This document shows, one piece after another, positions 29,385 to 39,600 of a stretch of DNA of 64,000 nucleotides. The translations under genes and the position numbers were made by a program. The stretch's first letter is position 1, and each line of letters begins with the position of its first letter. Location of the stretch: positions 1 to 64,000 of IMG/VR virus record IMGVR_UViG_2772190672_000001; one strand, written 5' to 3'. The stretch is from a virus. Lineage: Duplodnaviria > Caudoviricetes. Below the pieces are notes generated by a model. It saw only the letters and a program-made list of their open reading frames with translations. It was not told where the DNA came from and did no database searches.

Positions 29385-32300
29385 AGCTGGACTCCTGTCG
29401 TGAAGGTGATGGTTACGGTGCCGGTGTCCGGCGTGATGGCCAGCGGGCCGATGAGGCGGGCGTCGTCGTCCCGCGCGATGCTCCACGTGGCGGCTTCGCC
29501 CTGGTGCAAGGTCGAGGAGCCGTCGCCGGTCGTGATGCGGCCAGTGCCGCTGTGGGCGACCGCGGTGACGGACTGGAGAGTCGGCCACGAGTCGGCCGTC
29601 CACGTGCCACCGCCTGTCAGTTCCACGCGGTGAGCCTGGACACCGAACGCGGGCGGAGCGCCCGCGGTGTCGTCCAGCGTGCTGCAGTCGACCGGGGAGA
29701 CCGGCGTGTACGGGGCGGCGAGATCCTCGGTGTAGGTGCCGAGGCTGGTCAGGGCGCCGGTGCAGTCGGCGCCGAGGATTTCGACGTAGCCGACTTCCGG
29801 CAGTCCGTCGCCGTCGGTGTCGTCGCACCGGCAGACCTCGATGACGTTCTGCGCCGGGCAGGGCTGCTCGGGGCAGCAGGCGCCGCCCCCGACCGCCGTG
29901 CACTGGCCGGCCTGCCCGGTGACCGTGTACGGCTGGCCGTCCAGGGTCGTGTCGGTGACGGCGGTGACGGCGCCGGTCTCGCAGTCGGTGATGACGTTGC
30001 GGAGGAACTGGCGTGCGCATCCGGTCTGGTCGTAGACCGTCGTCGCGGTGAAGGCGGACAGCTGCCATGCGGTGTGGCGCGGCGGCGGGCAGGTCGCGCC
30101 GCTGTCGTCGTAGGCGTCGAACGCGACCACGACAACGATGTGCCCGGCGGCGAGATCGGCGGCCGGGACGTCGGCCTCGGCGGTGAGCGTTCCGGCCCAC
30201 CCGACGGGGGTGTCGGGTGGGGCCAGCGCGAGGGCCACCCGGTTGGCGTCGCCGGGGCCGTTGTAGAGGCCGAGGAACCCGGTGGCACGGCATCCGGCGT
30301 CGGGGCCGAGCTGGGTGACGTCGACCTGCACCTTCACGTGCGCGGTGCCGGCGTCACAGGCGGGCCGCGGGGCCTGGATGACCGCCGCGGCGGTTCGTAC
30401 GGTGCCGCCCGTGCCCGGCTGCGGGCCTGCTGCGGCCGGGAGGTTCAACGTGCCGCCATCCCACAGGGCTTGCGCCCCTGGGGTGGCCACGCCTGTGGTG
30501 TACGGGTAGTACGGCCCGCCGGGGGTGTCCGTGACGGTCGGGGCCGGGGCGCCGTCGGTGGGCAGGTCGCACAGCAGCAGCGAGCTGGAGTTGCGGCACG
30601 GCTCGGGTGGGGAGGCGCACACTCCGACGGTGCCGGCCGGCGTGTACGGGGTGCCGTCGAGGCGGTAGTCGCTGTGGCCGGTGATCGTGCCGTGCTCGTC
30701 GCGGGCGAAGTCCCGTACGAACGGGGTGGAGGTGCCGTCAGCTGCGACGTCGCAGAGCTGCACCAGGTCGCGTTCGGGCTGGGCGATTCCGGCCGGGCAG
30801 GTCGTCACCTCGCCTTGCGGGGTGTAGGTGGTGCCGGTGGTGGCGTCGACCAGGCGTACGGAAGCGATCGAGCCGTCGGCGGCGTAGGAGTACTCGACCA
30901 GGACCAGGCCGAGGACATCGCCGGTGGCCGGGTCGACATCGCAGAAAGTGCCGGACACCTGGATGGAGCGGCTGTCGCCGCATGCGGTGGTCCCGGCGGG
31001 CGGGTCACCGGCCGCGTAGGCGCCGGTCGCGAGGTTGAGCCAGCCGTCCTGGGTGAGCGTGCCGTCGCAGTCGCGGGTGACGACCACGGCGATCGGTGTG
31101 CCGTCGGCGAGGCACAGGCCGAGCGTGGCGGCCGGGGTGGTCTGCTCGGCGCACGGGGTGGCGGGGCTGCCTCCGTCGCCGGTGCACACCCCGACGGTGC
31201 CGTTGATGACGTGCGGGGTCTGGCCGTCCAGGGCGACGTCATCGTAGGTGACTGCGCCGTTGACCCAGGTGAAGCGGCGCAGGAAGGGGCCGCTGGCGTC
31301 GCACAGGGTCACCGTCTCGGTGTCGGCGTACCCCAGCGTGCAGGCGACCGGGGCGACGGGCGTGTACGGGACGGACGGGTCGTCCTGGTAGGTGAGGAGG
31401 AGGCTGGCGCTGCCGTCCGGCTTGATGCACCACAGCTCGCTGTAGGCGGCGTCCGCTACGCCGTCGCCGTCGGTGTCGTCACACAGCTGGCGGCACACGG
31501 TGTCGACGCAGCCCGCGGTGCACGGCTCGGCGTCGGCCGGGGGCGGGCCGGCGGTGAACACGCCCGCGGTGTCGAGCCATCCGGCGATGACCGGATTGGC
31601 GGGGGTCGAGCCGCAGTCGGCGCAGCCGGAGCGGACGACCAGGAGCACGGTGGTGCCGTCGGCGCGGCACAGCGCGGTGGACGTGATCGAGGGGGCGCAG
31701 CAGGCGTCTCGAGCGGGGCCGCCGCTACCGCTGCATGCGCCGACGGTGCCGGTGACGACGTGCGGGGTCTGCCCGTCGATTGCGACGTCCTCGTAGGAGG
31801 CTGTCCCGGCGAGGAAGGTGTACCGGCGCAGGAAGGGGCCGCTGTCGTCGCACAGCATCACCGTTTCGGACTGGGGGCAGTCGTAGGTGCAGTCGACCGG
31901 CGAGGTCGGCGTGTACGGGACGGACGGGTCGTCCTGGTAGGTGAGGACGAGGGTGGCGGTGCCGTCGGCCTTGATGCACCACAGCTCGCTGTAGGTGGCG
32001 TCTGCTACGCCGTCGCCGTCGGTGTCGTCGCAGCGTTGGCGGCAGACGGTGTCGATGCAGTCGGTGGTGCAGGGGCCCGCGTCAGCCGGGGCCGGTCCCG
32101 GCATGAACATGCCCGTAAGCGGGTTGACCCATCCGACGACAACCGGGTCCGGAGCCTGGGTGTCGCAGTCCGCGCAGTCCGACCGGACCACGACCAGGAT
32201 CGTCGTCCCGTCCGCCCGGCACAGCGGCGCCGTCGTGATGGACGGCGAGCAGCTGCAGCCCAGCGTGCACGGCCCGGCGTCGGCCGGTGCCGCGCCGGGC

Positions 32301-32509
32301 GTGTAGGTGCCGGTCGCCGGGTCGATCCAGCCGACGACGGCCGGATCGGCGGCCGGGCTGCCGCAGGTGGCGCATTCGGAGCGGATGACGAGGAGAACGG
32401 TCGTGCCGTCGTCGCGGCACAGTGGCGCGGAGGCGATCGACGGCGCGCAGGCGCAGGTGCCTGGCGTGCCTCCCTCGCCGGGCGCGCAGGGGATCGGCTC
32501 GACCGGCAC
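29381..32509 (-). CDS. Large Cys-rich repeat fibre protein (1042 aa)
   Basis: Three APSI..LCR.DGTT repeats; three CDDTDGDG motifs; repeats shared with the downstream gene. Confidence 0.75.
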   Translation of the reverse strand: MPVEPIPCAPGEGGTPGTCACAPSIASAPLCRDDGTTVLLVIRSECATCGSPAADPAVVGWIDPATGTYTPGAAPADAGPCTLGCSCSPSITTAPLCRADGTTILVVVRSDCADCDTQAPDPVVVGWVNPLTGMFMPGPAPADAGPCTTDCIDTVCRQRCDDTDGDGVADATYSELWCIKADGTATLVLTYQDDPSVPYTPTSPVDCTYDCPQSETVMLCDDSGPFLRRYTFLAGTASYEDVAIDGQTPHVVTGTVGACSGSGGPARDACCAPSITSTALCRADGTTVLLVVRSGCADCGSTPANPVIAGWLDTAGVFTAGPPPADAEPCTAGCVDTVCRQLCDDTDGDGVADAAYSELWCIKPDGSASLLLTYQDDPSVPYTPVAPVACTLGYADTETVTLCDASGPFLRRFTWVNGAVTYDDVALDGQTPHVINGTVGVCTGDGGSPATPCAEQTTPAATLGLCLADGTPIAVVVTRDCDGTLTQDGWLNLATGAYAAGDPPAGTTACGDSRSIQVSGTFCDVDPATGDVLGLVLVEYSYAADGSIASVRLVDATTGTTYTPQGEVTTCPAGIAQPERDLVQLCDVAADGTSTPFVRDFARDEHGTITGHSDYRLDGTPYTPAGTVGVCASPPEPCRNSSSLLLCDLPTDGAPAPTVTDTPGGPYYPYTTGVATPGAQALWDGGTLNLPAAAGPQPGTGGTVRTAAAVIQAPRPACDAGTAHVKVQVDVTQLGPDAGCRATGFLGLYNGPGDANRVALALAPPDTPVGWAGTLTAEADVPAADLAAGHIVVVVAFDAYDDSGATCPPPRHTAWQLSAFTATTVYDQTGCARQFLRNVITDCETGAVTAVTDTTLDGQPYTVTGQAGQCTAVGGGACCPEQPCPAQNVIEVCRCDDTDGDGLPEVGYVEILGADCTGALTSLGTYTEDLAAPYTPVSPVDCSTLDDTAGAPPAFGVQAHRVELTGGGTWTADSWPTLQSVTAVAHSGTGRITTGDGSSTLHQGEAATWSIARDDDARLIGPLAITPDTGTVTITFTTGVQL

Positions 32510-33034
32510 TTACGCCTCCGGGTGTGCCTGGCGGCGGTGGGTGTCCCGGCCGCGCTCGGACTTGAAGGGGCGGCTGCAGACGTCGCAGGTGAACTCGCCG
32601 CCGTCGCCCTGGTCGTCGTTGCCGTCGGCCTGGTCGCTTGAGTCGCTGCCCTCGCCCGGCTGGGCGTCCTCGAGCGCCGTGGTGTCGGCGGCCGGGGTCG
32701 GCTCAGCGCCGGCCGGGTACGCCTCGGCGGGCACCTCGGGCAGCGGCTCGCCGGGGATCCCCTCCCGCTCCGGCAGGCCCACGCCGAGAAGTTCGGCGCC
32801 GCCGCTGTCGGCTGGCTCCTTCTGCGCCTGGTCCTCGTCGGGGCTGACGTAGCGGTGGCCGTCCACGACGGAGCCGATCAGCAGGTGCTCGGGCATGTGG
32901 ATGAACTGGTCGGCTGGCACCGCGAAGTCGTAGTGCGACGCGGTCCGCACCTTCGGGTTCTGGGCGACCGCCCATAGGGCGAACTCGCGGCGCAGCGCGG
33001 CGGTGGGCTGGACACGGATCAGCTCGGGTGGCAT
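32510..33034 (-). CDS. Hypothetical protein with C-terminal C2H2 zinc finger
   Basis: FTCDVCSRPFKSERGRDTHRRQAH. Confidence 0.7.
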   Translation of the reverse strand: MPPELIRVQPTAALRREFALWAVAQNPKVRTASHYDFAVPADQFIHMPEHLLIGSVVDGHRYVSPDEDQAQKEPADSGGAELLGVGLPEREGIPGEPLPEVPAEAYPAGAEPTPAADTTALEDAQPGEGSDSSDQADGNDDQGDGGEFTCDVCSRPFKSERGRDTHRRQAHPEA

Positions 33035-33042
33035 GGCGGTCC

Positions 33043-33897
33043 TCACGGGCAGGTGGTGACGAGCACCGCGCACACGGTGCAGGTGGTCGCGGGTACGTAG
33101 GTGCGCTCGGCGAGTACGCGCCGGGTGTTGACCCTCCGGTCGATGGAGGCGCCCGCGTTGTCGGGGATGAGGTCGATCGGGCCGCGGCGCACCACGACGG
33201 GCCCGGAGATGTACAGCCAGGCCGTGCCGGGCGGGGCCGGCGTTCCGTCGGGCCCGGAGTTCGCGGCCGAGTATCCGGAGCCGACCACGACGCAGTTCCC
33301 GGCGAGCGTGGACAGCCGGTTGCCGTCGACGTAGGCGATGTTGCAGCAGCCCAGCAGCGCGGCTGCGCCCGTCGGGACGTGGAGAGTGCCCATGCCGCCG
33401 TAGATCTCGGCGAGGCAGCCTTCCAGCGCGGCCACGCCCTGCGCGATCGACACCGGCCCCTGCGAGGGGGTCAGGTCGATCGCGCGCGGGGCGAGGGTGT
33501 ACCGCATGAACGCCGACTCGACGGCCTGCTGCTCCCCCAGCTCCAGCGACATCCGGACGTGGTCGATGGCCTCCTGGTACGACCAGCCGATGGTCGAGCA
33601 GATCGCCCCGGCGTAGATCGTGACCGGATCGGCCTCTTCGTGGATCGGCGGATAGAACTCCTTCTGGCCCGGTAGAGGGCCTGGCGACTCGCCCGGGGAC
33701 TGGTCACCGGGGGACTCGCCGGGCGGGCACCAGTCGGTGTCACGGACTGGGGAGCAGCCCAGTGCCATCCACTCGACACCAAGCAGCTCGTGCTCGTCGG
33801 TGACGTCGATGACGTTCGTGCAGCCGCCGAGGATCCCGTACGGCAACGGCGTGCCTGGGATGGCCTCGACGCGGCGTCGCATGCCGGCGGGTGGCAC
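33043..33897 (-). CDS. Second capsid protein (pentamer/decoration-type)
   Basis: Directly follows major capsid; EQ.AVE, G.LH, VGSGY, AERTYV motifs recall actinophage second capsid proteins. Confidence 0.6.
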   Translation of the reverse strand: MPPAGMRRRVEAIPGTPLPYGILGGCTNVIDVTDEHELLGVEWMALGCSPVRDTDWCPPGESPGDQSPGESPGPLPGQKEFYPPIHEEADPVTIYAGAICSTIGWSYQEAIDHVRMSLELGEQQAVESAFMRYTLAPRAIDLTPSQGPVSIAQGVAALEGCLAEIYGGMGTLHVPTGAAALLGCCNIAYVDGNRLSTLAGNCVVVGSGYSAANSGPDGTPAPPGTAWLYISGPVVVRRGPIDLIPDNAGASIDRRVNTRRVLAERTYVPATTCTVCAVLVTTCP

Positions 33898-33919
33898 CTG
33901 CCCACCTCCTCATACTGTG

Positions 33920-33951
33920 CGCGCCGAGCCCGCCGGGGGCGGGTCTCGGCG
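33920..33951. terminator. GC-rich hairpin after major capsid gene (attenuator or mRNA-stability element)
   Basis: GCGCCGAG-CCCGCC / GGCGGG-T-CTCGGCGC inverted repeat. Confidence 0.45.
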
Positions 33952-33967
33952 CTGGGGCGGGTGTGGG

Positions 33968-35599
33968 TCAGGCGATCGGGCAGGCGATGCCGAGCTGCTC
34001 GCCGGTGCGGCCGTCGGGGCAGACCGGGACGGTCACGACGCGGGACTCGGGGCCGCGGGCGATGAGCGCCACGCACTCCTCGGAGAAGGCCGCCGTGTAG
34101 TCGTTGGTCTGGAACTTGGTCGAGTCGTGGATCACGCCCAGCGAGATCTCGCCGCCGCGGCCGATCTGGAACGTGCCCGCCGGGTGGATCAGGAACGGGA
34201 TGCTGTCCGGCCAGTCGGTGGCCGGGGTCGGGCCGCCGATCTGGGTCGGGACGTTCGGCGACAGGCCGCGCGCCCACTGCACGCGGACACCGAGGGTGGC
34301 GAACGCGTTGATGATGCAGGACTCGTCGATCTCGTCGCAGGCGACGCCGTTACGGCGGGCGATGTCGGCGAGGAACATCGCCTTGCTCCACCACGGGAAG
34401 ACGACCTCGATCGAGATCGACTCACACAGGGAGTGCCGCTCGACCATGTCGGCGGCTTGCAGGGCGACCGCCGCGAAGATCGCGGAGAACGCGCCGAACG
34501 TCTTGGCGATGGTGACCGGCGTGGACGCGGCCACGGCCTGGTCGAAGAGGACCTGACGGACGCGCAGCTCGTGGGCGACCATCGTGTTCCGCTGGTACCA
34601 GGCGACCAGCTCGGGGAAATGCCTCTGGGTCAGGATGCCGGCCTCCAGGCAGACACCGACCGCGTCACAGCGGATCTCGTCCGGCTCCGGGCAGGGGATC
34701 TTGAAGCACGGCTTGACCGCACCGGAGATGTCGTCGGCCTCGGTGTGGACGAACGTCATCGAGCCGACGTCCAGCGACGGGATCTTGAAGAACCGCAGGC
34801 CGCCACGGGCGAGCTGGATCTCGGGCGCGTCCCACAGCATCTCGGGGCACGCGATGTCGGTCAGCGTGTAGACGGTCTCGGACGGGGCGCACCAGCCGCC
34901 GGAGGCGACGATGTTGCCCTGCGGCAGGCGGGACTGGTCGGCGGCCAGCAGGACCGCCCGGGTGCCCTCGGTGCCCGACGAGCTGTCGTTGATGATGAGG
35001 TTGTTGTCGAACGGCAGCCGGTACGAGGCGCACAGGCCGACGCCGCCGCCTGCGGTCTTGAGGGCGTTCGCGCGGCGGATGATGCCCTCGGTGACGCCCT
35101 CCATGTCGAGCGGCTGGCCGGGCTGGTAGCCGGGCACGTCGACGGACGCGGTGATCTCGGGGCGCGGGTTCGGGTCCGGGGGCAGTACACGCGGCTGGTG
35201 CACGCGGACGCGGGACAGGTCGAGGGCACGGGACTTGGCGACCGCACCTGAAGCGGTGATCGGCTTCTCGGGCTCGGGCTCGACGGCCGGCTCGGGCTCG
35301 GCCGGCTCCTCCGGCTCGGTCGCCGCGGCGGTGGCCTCCTCGCCGTCGTCGCCGCGCACTGCGGCGGCCAGCTGCTCGATCTCGGCCGCGGCCTGCTCGG
35401 CGGCCTCGATGCGCTCGGCCTTCTCCGCGCGGATGTCGTTGACGGCGGTCGCCAGCTCGCGGAGCTTGGCGAGGTCGTCGGTGGTGACGGTGCTGCTGCC
35501 CGCCTTGGCGTCGAAGGCCTTCACGGCGCCGTCGAGCAGGGTGTCCAGTTCCTCGTCGCTGAGGGCGGTGATGTCCTCGGGAAGGGAGAACTCGTCCAT
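33968..35599 (-). CDS. Major capsid protein with N-terminal scaffold-like coiled coil
   Basis: ASGGWCAPSETVY, RGGL.F, D..GVCL..GIL, N.YTA.F.EE motifs of actinophage capsids. Confidence 0.85.
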   Translation of the reverse strand: MDEFSLPEDITALSDEELDTLLDGAVKAFDAKAGSSTVTTDDLAKLRELATAVNDIRAEKAERIEAAEQAAAEIEQLAAAVRGDDGEEATAAATEPEEPAEPEPAVEPEPEKPITASGAVAKSRALDLSRVRVHQPRVLPPDPNPRPEITASVDVPGYQPGQPLDMEGVTEGIIRRANALKTAGGGVGLCASYRLPFDNNLIINDSSSGTEGTRAVLLAADQSRLPQGNIVASGGWCAPSETVYTLTDIACPEMLWDAPEIQLARGGLRFFKIPSLDVGSMTFVHTEADDISGAVKPCFKIPCPEPDEIRCDAVGVCLEAGILTQRHFPELVAWYQRNTMVAHELRVRQVLFDQAVAASTPVTIAKTFGAFSAIFAAVALQAADMVERHSLCESISIEVVFPWWSKAMFLADIARRNGVACDEIDESCIINAFATLGVRVQWARGLSPNVPTQIGGPTPATDWPDSIPFLIHPAGTFQIGRGGEISLGVIHDSTKFQTNDYTAAFSEECVALIARGPESRVVTVPVCPDGRTGEQLGIACPIA

Positions 35600-35633
35600 G
35601 GGGCCGGGCTCCAAAAGATCGATCTTGGAGTCG

Positions 35634-35672
35634 CTCGGCCCAAAACCAGCAGCGCGCTGATAGCACAGCATA
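35634..35672 (-). promoter_or_regulatory. Late motif copy 8 upstream of major capsid gene
   Basis: 21-mer 35634-35654; TATGCT 35667-35672. Confidence 0.7.
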
Positions 35673-36128
35673 GCCATGGATCAGTACGCGCTGCCGGTGT
35701 CGTTACGTACGGTCATCCGGCCGGCGGACCGGGACGGAGCATGTGACTTGGCCCCCACCCGAATTCCACGAGCGTGTGTACTCGGTCACACGGAACGCTC
35801 TTGCAAGGTGCTAGGGCTTGCCGACTCTACCGAGACGCCACCTGTTGACCGAGCGGGCATCGATGCACTTCGGAGAGGCCGCACACCGCCCGACGGGACG
35901 TCAAGAAACGGCGACACGCCCGGGGTTCGGTACTGCCCTCAAGGCGTTGTGGCCGAGATCACCTTTGTTGCCTGTCAAATGGCCGAAGTGCCTCACTTGT
36001 TCCAGCGCCCCAACCGGGGTTCTCCCACAGGCTTTTAGCCGCAGTCGTGCCCCTGGCATGACTGCGGCCCCCTGATGGCACAGGGGGCCGCCGGGTCATT
36101 GCGCGAGACCAAGAAGGTCAGGTAACCC

Positions 36129-36386
36129 GTGTTCCACCGTAATAGCGACCGCTCCGAGCGCAAAGGGCACGAGACGCGGCTCACTCCGGGCCGGCGGCGT
36201 CTCCTCGCTGCTGCAGCCGTCTCCACGGCCGGTCTGGGCCTCGGCTTCTGCGTGGTCGTTCACGCCGTCACCCCGGACGAGGCGACCGCCTTGTCCAAGG
36301 TCGGCAGCTCGGCTGCGTACGTCGTGGCGCTCGTGATGCGCCGCGGCCCCGGCTCGGGTCCGGGCGGCGTCGCCCTCGGTAAGTAG
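36129..36386 (+). CDS. Small putative membrane protein (opposite strand)
   Basis: Two hydrophobic stretches; ends at a strong hairpin. Confidence 0.4.
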   Translation: MFHRNSDRSERKGHETRLTPGRRRLLAAAAVSTAGLGLGFCVVVHAVTPDEATALSKVGSSAAYVVALVMRRGPGSGPGGVALGK

Positions 36387-36393
36387 CACCGCC

Positions 36394-36436
36394 CGCGGTG
36401 AGGGGCTCGGACGCCACGCCTCAGCCCCTCACCGCG
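36394..36436. terminator. Bidirectional hairpin between convergent ORFs
   Basis: CGCGGTGAGGGGCT / AGCCCCTCACCGCG 14-bp perfect stem. Confidence 0.65.
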
Positions 36437-36448
36437 TAGCCGGCCCAC

Positions 36449-36682
36449 TCACTGCGTGGTGGCGGACTGCTTGGTCGAGGTGTGCACGATGCGACCGCTG
36501 GACTGCTCACGGACCTGCGCGTCCAGGTACCGGTTGGCGATGGCTTTCACGGTCTCGACGTTGGAGTGCTTGAAGACGACCTTGCCGCCGGGGATGACGG
36601 CCTCGAACATCTCGGGCTTCGGCACGCTGCTGGTGTCGCCGTTCTGGCGGGCCTGGCGGTTCTTGCCGCAGTTGCATCCCAT
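36449..36682 (-). CDS. Small protein beginning MGCNCGK
   Basis: Coupled to upstream gene (TGATG) with AGGAG RBS; MxCxCG proteins are common beside actinophage capsid genes. Confidence 0.65.
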   Translation of the reverse strand: MGCNCGKNRQARQNGDTSSVPKPEMFEAVIPGGKVVFKHSNVETVKAIANRYLDAQVREQSSGRIVHTSTKQSATTQ

Positions 36683-39600
36683 CAGTCGTTCTCCTTCGGT
36701 GTCGCGGCGCTTGCGGTGATCTCTTCGGGGGTGATGGCGAGGGAGGCCTGCAGGGCTTCGATCTCGGCGCGGCGGGCCGCCTCCCGCTCGGCCATCGCGT
36801 CGAGGAGCCGGTCCACGAACGAGTCGGTCAGCAGGGCTGCGGCCAGCTCGTCACCGGTCGGGGCCGGCGGCTGTCCGGACACGCTGTCCGGACGCTGTCC
36901 CGGCAGGTCAACGCCGTTGTCCGGGCCGGGCTCGGACGCTGTCCGGGCGGTGTCCTGATCTTGTCCGGGCACGGTGTCCGTGGCGGGCAGGAGGCCGGCG
37001 GCCGACGCGGCGAGGGCGAGTTCGGCGCGCTCGGCAACGGCGTGCATCGCGGCGAGCAGCGGCGTGGAGTGGCCGGGCACCGGCACCGTCAGGACCGCGC
37101 GGAGCTGCCACTTGCCGTCCCGGCCCTGCTTCAGGTGGTAGCTGGGCTGGCAGGCCGCGAACACCGACCGGTCCCACTCAGACAGCCACGGCGCCGCTGC
37201 GCCCGAGAACCACAGGCCGCGCGAGCTGAGGCCGACCGTGACGATCGCCCCGACGGTCCTCGTGTCATCGAACTGGCAGGACGCGGTCTCGCATTCGGCC
37301 CCGTCCCTGTGATGGCCCACGTTCATGGTCATCGCACCGACGCGCACGGTGGTGCCGTCGTCCAGCTGCCTCTTGGCGCGCAGGAAGTGCGTCAGGTCCA
37401 GGCCCTGCGCGGACAGCTTGCGCACGGTCAGGTTCTTGCCGGGGTAGCCGGCGTGCGGCTCGTCCATCGTGGCCACGAACCCGAACACGCGGCCGTCCTT
37501 GTAGTGGACGCCTCCGGAGCCGTCGGGCAGCTCCTCGACGGTCGGCTCCTGGAACCAGGCGGCGGGCATCGGCGGCATCTGCTGCAGGGCGTGCCACGCC
37601 GAGGCTTCGATCTCCGGGGGCAGGCCGAGCGAGGCGGTCTCGTCGGCCCACGGCGGGCGGATCGAGTCGTCCTTGTACGCCTTGGCGAGTGCCGCGTACA
37701 GCTTGTCCGCCTGGTCGCGCAGGTCGGGGATCTCGTCCTCGGGGATGTCGGCGCCGCCCATGCTGCCCTGCAGGACACCGGCGGCCGCGTACACGCCGTT
37801 GGCGACGATCTCCAGGCGCGGACTGCCGCCGTTGTCGAAGACGTCGGCGTAGCCCAGCTTGTACGCGTCGGCGGTGGCGGGGTCGCCTTCCGGGTCGCGG
37901 TACAGGAACGCCGACCCGAGCTTGTCCGCATCGACGTTGCCCTGGTCGTCGGTGGCCCAGTCCAGGACGCGGCTGCGCGCCTGGTCGCCCTCCCACTTCG
38001 CCTCGCGGTCCTCGTGGACCGGCAGGTCGGTGCTGCCCGAGACGGCCGCGCTGACCTCGCCCTCGGGCAGGTCGGAGGCGCCGACGTACTGGCCGGGCGC
38101 GAGCCGGACGATCCGCCCGTTCTTCGCGGCCCGCCCGAGGTGCCCGCGCGCCGACTGCATGCTGATGTCCAGGGCGTTGGCGACCTCTCGGGCGCCGACC
38201 GCGACCGGGGACGTGCACACGTAGGTGACGACCCGCTCGTGCGTCTCGGAGGCCGCTGTGAGGACGACCGCCGGGGCCGCCGACGCCGCCTCCTGCACCG
38301 GGTCGAGGACGATCCGGGCCCGGTTGTAGGCCGGCATCGCCACGAGGGTGGCGCCGCGCAGCCTGGCCTTGGTGATGCGGATCAGGAAGTCGCCGGACTT
38401 CTCCGAGTGCACGACCAGGCCCTCGTCGGGGTTGTCGGGGTCGCCGGCCGCCGCGGTGAGCGCACCGGAGCGGGCGAACGCGGTGCGGATCGTGGCCGCG
38501 TTGACGACGCCGCCGGGGCCGGTGATGACCTGCAGGTCGAACCGGTTGCGGGCGATGTGGCCGCCGGTCGAGGCGGTCCACTCGGGGCGGGTGGCGCCGG
38601 ACAGCATGATCGAGCCGTCCTCCATGCGCAGCACGCTCGCCTCGGCGAGGTGCGCGGAGGCGAACAGCCAGTCGGCGTCTTCCGGGGTGAGGGTCTTGTC
38701 CACGAACTCCACGTCGACGTCGTCCAGGTCGACGCTCACGCCGAGCGGTGCCTCCTGCTCCAGCAGCATTACCGCGTCCTGCCCGGTGTGCCGGTTCAGG
38801 TACAGGACCCCGGCCGCCGTGATCCGGTTGCCGTCGCGCATGACCGTGTTGATGGCGCCGCACAGCTCGGCGCCGTCATGGCCCATGCCCATTTCCTCGG
38901 CGTACTGCAGCGGCTTGGGATCGCGGTCCCAGTACAGCGAGCCGGGCGTGAACACGCGGCCGTCGCCGGTCTGCTCGTTCTCGAACGCGATGGCCGTATC
39001 ACCGGGCGTCGACCACGCACGCGTCGTGATCGGCTCGGCCATGACGTCGGCCTGAGCGGTTGCGGGCATGGTGTCTTCCTCCTGCTGGGGGCCGAGAGGG
39101 ATGTCCGTGTACTCGCCGGCGAAGGCGACCCGCACACGGTCGAAGGTGACTGCGCCGAGGCGGTCTTCGAGTTCGGCGAGCAGGTCGCCGTCGCCGTACG
39201 CGGCGGTGACGTGGGCGACCCACGGGGAGTGCTGGGCGGGGACCTGCTCGTCGTCCAGCTCGCTCTGGCGGATGGCGTACCCGGCGACGTTGCGCACCTC
39301 GTGCAGGTACGGGCTGGCCTCGGGCCGGTCGTCGCCGGTGTCGTCGCTGACGGCCCACACCCAGCACGGTTCGTCGCCGTTGCCGTTCCACCGGTTCACG
39401 CCGAAGATCCGGCCGGGGACCGGGCCGAGCCCGCGGTCCTGCAGCTCCTGGCGGAGCAGGTCGATGAGGCTGGCCTGCTGGTGGGCGGGGAAGGCGTCGG
39501 CCTTGCCGAGGAAGTACAGCGTGCAATGCAGCTCCTCGGCGGGTTCGCCGCCGTCGACGGCGAGGCGGGCCAGGTCTGCGTCGGACGGGACGAGCGCGAT

